Positions 60,873 to 64,000 of a stretch of 64,000 nucleotides of DNA are shown one piece after another. The notes beneath the pieces were generated by a model that was not told where the DNA came from, ran no database searches, and worked only from the letters and a program-made list of their open reading frames with translations. A program made the position numbers and the translations under genes. Source of the stretch: Chiloscyllium plagiosum (taxonomy: Eukaryota); NCBI RefSeq assembly GCF_004010195.1, contig NC_057711.1:113315909-113379908 (forward strand). The letters are read 5' to 3'. Each line of letters opens with the position of its first letter. Within the stretch, counting starts at the first letter, position 1.

Positions 60873-61666
60873 CTGACAGGTATTTCAACCCAATTTTCAT
60901 GCTTTCTCCCTGTAACCCTTGATCTCCTTGGCAATCAAGAACTTAGCTATCTCTGTTTTAAATATACTGAATGACCTCGCCTCCACAGCCTTCTGTGACA
61001 ATGAATTTCACAGATTCACCACTCTTTGGTGAAAGAAGTTTCTCCTAATCTCCATTCTAAAGGGCCTTCCCTTTACTCTAAGGTTGTGCCCTCAGGTCCT
61101 CATCTCTCCTGCCAATGGTAACATCTTCCAGTAACGTCCACTCTGTCCAGGCCATTCAGTATTTTGAAAGTTTCAATCAGATTCCCCCTCATCCTTCTAA
61201 ACTCCATTGAGTATAATTCCAGAGTCCTCAACTGTTCCTCATACATTAAGCCTTTCAGTCCTAGGATCATTCTGGACACTTCTGGACACACTCCAAGGCT
61301 AATATATCTTTCCTGAGGTATGGCAAAATTGTTCACATTATTCTAAATGTGGTCTAATCAGAGTCTTATAAAGCCTCAGGTGTATATCCCTGCTCTTATA
61401 TTCTAGTCCTCTCGAAATGAATGACAACATTGTATTTGCCTTCCTAACTATTGACTCAACCTGCAAGTTTACCTTAAGAGAAACCTGGACTAGGACTCAC
61501 AAGTCCCTTTGCACTTCAGACTTTTGAATTTTCTTCCCATCTAGAAAACAGTCCATGCCTCTATTCTTTGTACCTCACACTTTCCCACATTGTTTTTCAT
61601 CTGCCACTTTACCCACTCCCTCTTAACCTGTCTAAACCTTTCTGCAGCCTCCCTCCTACTCAATGT

Positions 61667-61986
61667 GGGCGGCACGGTGGCACAGTGGTTAGCACTGCTG
61701 CCTCACAGCGCCAGAGACCCGGGTTCAATTCCCGCCTCAGGCAATTGTCTGTGTGGAGTTTGCACGTTCTCCCCGTGTTTGCGTGGGTTTCCTCCGCGTG
61801 CTCCGGTTTCCTCCCACAGTCACAAAGATGTGCAGGTCAGGTGAATTGGCCATGCTAAATTGCCTGTAGTGTTAGGTAAGGGGTAAATGTAGGGGTATGG
61901 GTGGGTTTCACTTCGGCGGGTCGGTGTGGACTTGTTGGGCAGAAGGGCCTGTTTCCACACTGTAATGTAATCTAATCTAATCTAAT
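61667..61986 (+). mobile_element. HE1 SINE nested in CR1
   Basis: Full-length young HE1 with an (AATCT)n tail, interrupting CR1 RT sequence. Confidence 0.95.
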
Positions 61987-63192
61987 ACACCTGTCCTTCC
62001 ACCTATCTTTGTATCATCTTCAAACTTAGCCAGAATGCCCTCAGTTACTTCAGCTAGTTATTTAAAGTCGAGGTCCCAACACTGATCTTGTGGAACACCA
62101 CTAGTCACCTGCTTCCATCCTGAGAAGGACTTTCTGCCTTCTATCAGACAGCAAACTCCTATCCATGCCAGCACCTTGCCTCTAACACCATGAGCCCTTA
62201 TCTAACTCAGCAGCCTCCTGTGCCGCACCTTATCAAAGGCTTTCTGGAAGTCCAGACAGATAATATCCACTGCCTCTTCTTGGTCTAACCTGCCCATTAC
62301 CTCCTTAAAGAATTCTAACAGATTTGTCAGGCATGACCTCCCCTTGATGAAACCATGCTGGCCTTGCCCTATTTTACCATACACTTCCAAGTATTCAGAA
62401 ATCTCATCCTTCACAATGGGCTCCAAAATCTTACCAATGACTGAGGTCAGGCTAATCGGCTGATAATTTCGCATCTTTTGCCTTACTCTCTTCTGAAAGG
62501 GGGGGGGGGGTTACATTAATGATTTTCCAGTCGCCTGGGACCCTCTCTGACTCCAGTGGTACCTGAAAGATCACTAGTAAAGCCTCCACTATGTCTTCAG
62601 CTAACTCCTTTAGAACTCTAGCGTGTAGCCCGACTGGACCAGCTGATTTATCCACTTTCAGACCTTGCAGTTTTTCAGTTATAGTGATCCACATTCCACA
62701 TTCTGTTTGAGGACGGGAAATATAGACTGCAACTAATGTCCTGAAGATAGATGAAGACAGTTAGCTAAAGTAGTACGGGAAAATAAAATTTAAAAATTAA
62801 AATTTTGTCCAAGCCGTTACCATCTCCTGAAGTAGACAGACTAAGGTGGCAATTTTCGCAACTCCCACTACCCACCTAAAAGATAAAAATCCGGAACAAT
62901 CTCCATTTAAAAAGAAGAGTTCTTTCATTTAAGTTGAACATGGAGAAGATGCTCTCAGAGGCTGATGAGTCATTGAAATTCTCTTCTCCAGACGGCATTG
63001 AGGGGGGGTGGTGCGTCATTTATTTACGGCAGAGATTGATAGATTAGATATGATCCTACTAAATCTGGAATAAGTTTGATGGGCCGAATGGCCTGCTCGT
63101 GCTCATGTTCTTATGCTGCTATATTGGTAACTTTCAAAGAGCCACAGAAATGCCGAATGGCCTCCTCTTGTGCTTTGTAACTTTATCATGAT

Positions 63193-63377
63193 CTGAAAAA
63201 TGTGTTGCTGGAAAAGCGCAGCAGGTCAGGCAGCATCCAAGGAGCAGGAGAATCAATGTTTCGGGCATAAGCCCTTCATGATTCTCCTACTCCTTGGATG
63301 CTGCCTGACCTGCTGCGCTTTTCCAGCAACACATTTTTCAGCTCTGATCTCCAGCATCTGCAGACCTCACTTTCTCC
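63193..63377. mobile_element. Penelope-derived fold-back insertion with 14-bp TSD
   Basis: Arms 63193-63254 and ~63280-63341 are reverse complements. TSD aactttatcat(g/a)at at 63179-63192 and 63378-63391. Confidence 0.88.
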
Positions 63378-64000
63378 AACTTTATCATAATGCATGGATA
63401 CTTGAACATGTTGCGGTGCAATGAGTAGCATTCCTGAGACTAGGACCTGATGACCAAAGCAGTGCGTTCATAATGGGGCCAAGCAAGTTGTGAATGTTTT
63501 CAATGCACCCAATAGCAAGTAAAAGTGGAAGAGATTCTTGCTTTATCATTATCTGGAATGAAAGTTGAAGCCTCAACCATCATTATCTGTAGCTCCAGGG
63601 TACAACAACCACCTTAAAAAATATATTTTGCCATAGCAACTCGGACACCCTGAGTGAAATGTAACAAACCAGCACCATATGGATAAGATCACTGCCACAC
63701 ACAGCACAGACATTCCACATCCATTAACCCATAAACGCTATCAGCTTAGCTAGAAGACCACAATAAATTTCTGCACGGATATTGGTTCCTTTTTCTGACA
63801 CCCCATTGTCACTATTTAACAGTGTGTGGGTTAAGAGCTCCACTAAAATAGGGGATAGAGGAATGTAGAATTCCTCTTTCATCCAAAATGTAAAATGGAA
63901 AGGATAAAACCCCTATCCTTAACAATGTTTGCTTCACCTGAATATGGTAAAGGGACAAAGGGATCTGGATGCACAGAGCCATCAATCATGAAAAGTAGCA

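Larger units (their letters stand above)
60195..62680 (-). mobile_element. CR1 LINE (RT to tail) with nested Penelope and HE1
   Basis: ORF 62202..62474 NYQPISLTSVIGKILE…QHGFIKGRSCLTNLLEFF…LDFQKAFDKV. The tail is near 60195-60220. Confidence 0.92.

Noticed and set aside
60270-60974. 234-aa ORF as a functional or domesticated endonuclease gene
   Set aside because: It is a chimera of CR1 3'UTR, inverted Penelope end, partial GIY-YIG and terminal repeat. The YIG motif is mutated (YIR) and the GIY half is missing.
26030-64000. A second host gene such as SVEP1, the MUSK neighbour in mammals
   Set aside because: I found no recognisable exon. All interpretable ORFs are TE-derived, though small exons of an unknown gene cannot be excluded.

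Overview
This is repeat-dense vertebrate DNA, almost certainly from a shark. It has HE1-type V-SINEs, shark-type CR1 LINEs and MuSK exons very close to the Torpedo receptor as I recall it. The only host gene I can support is the 5' end of MuSK on the minus strand: coding exon 1 at 25453-25537 (signal peptide) and exon 2 at 7555-7681 (first half of Ig domain 1), joined across a ~17.8 kb phase-1 intron. Exon 3 was not found and probably lies left of the window. The remaining ~38 kb upstream of MuSK looks intergenic. It is a patchwork of CR1/L2 LINE fragments, several SINE families, decayed Ty3/Gypsy elements, a Harbinger-like Myb/SANT remnant and a few repeat-poor blocks with muscle-type motifs. 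The most unusual signal is a dispersed set of short Penelope-derived insertions, many of them fold-backs, with 10-21 bp target-site duplications. Several carry minimal hammerhead-ribozyme cores from at least three sequence families. There are also two young minisatellites (42 and 43 bp) grown out of ~21-bp periodic tracts. Repeat boundaries are by eye and approximate, exon boundaries were counted base by base, and family names come from recall, not a database search.
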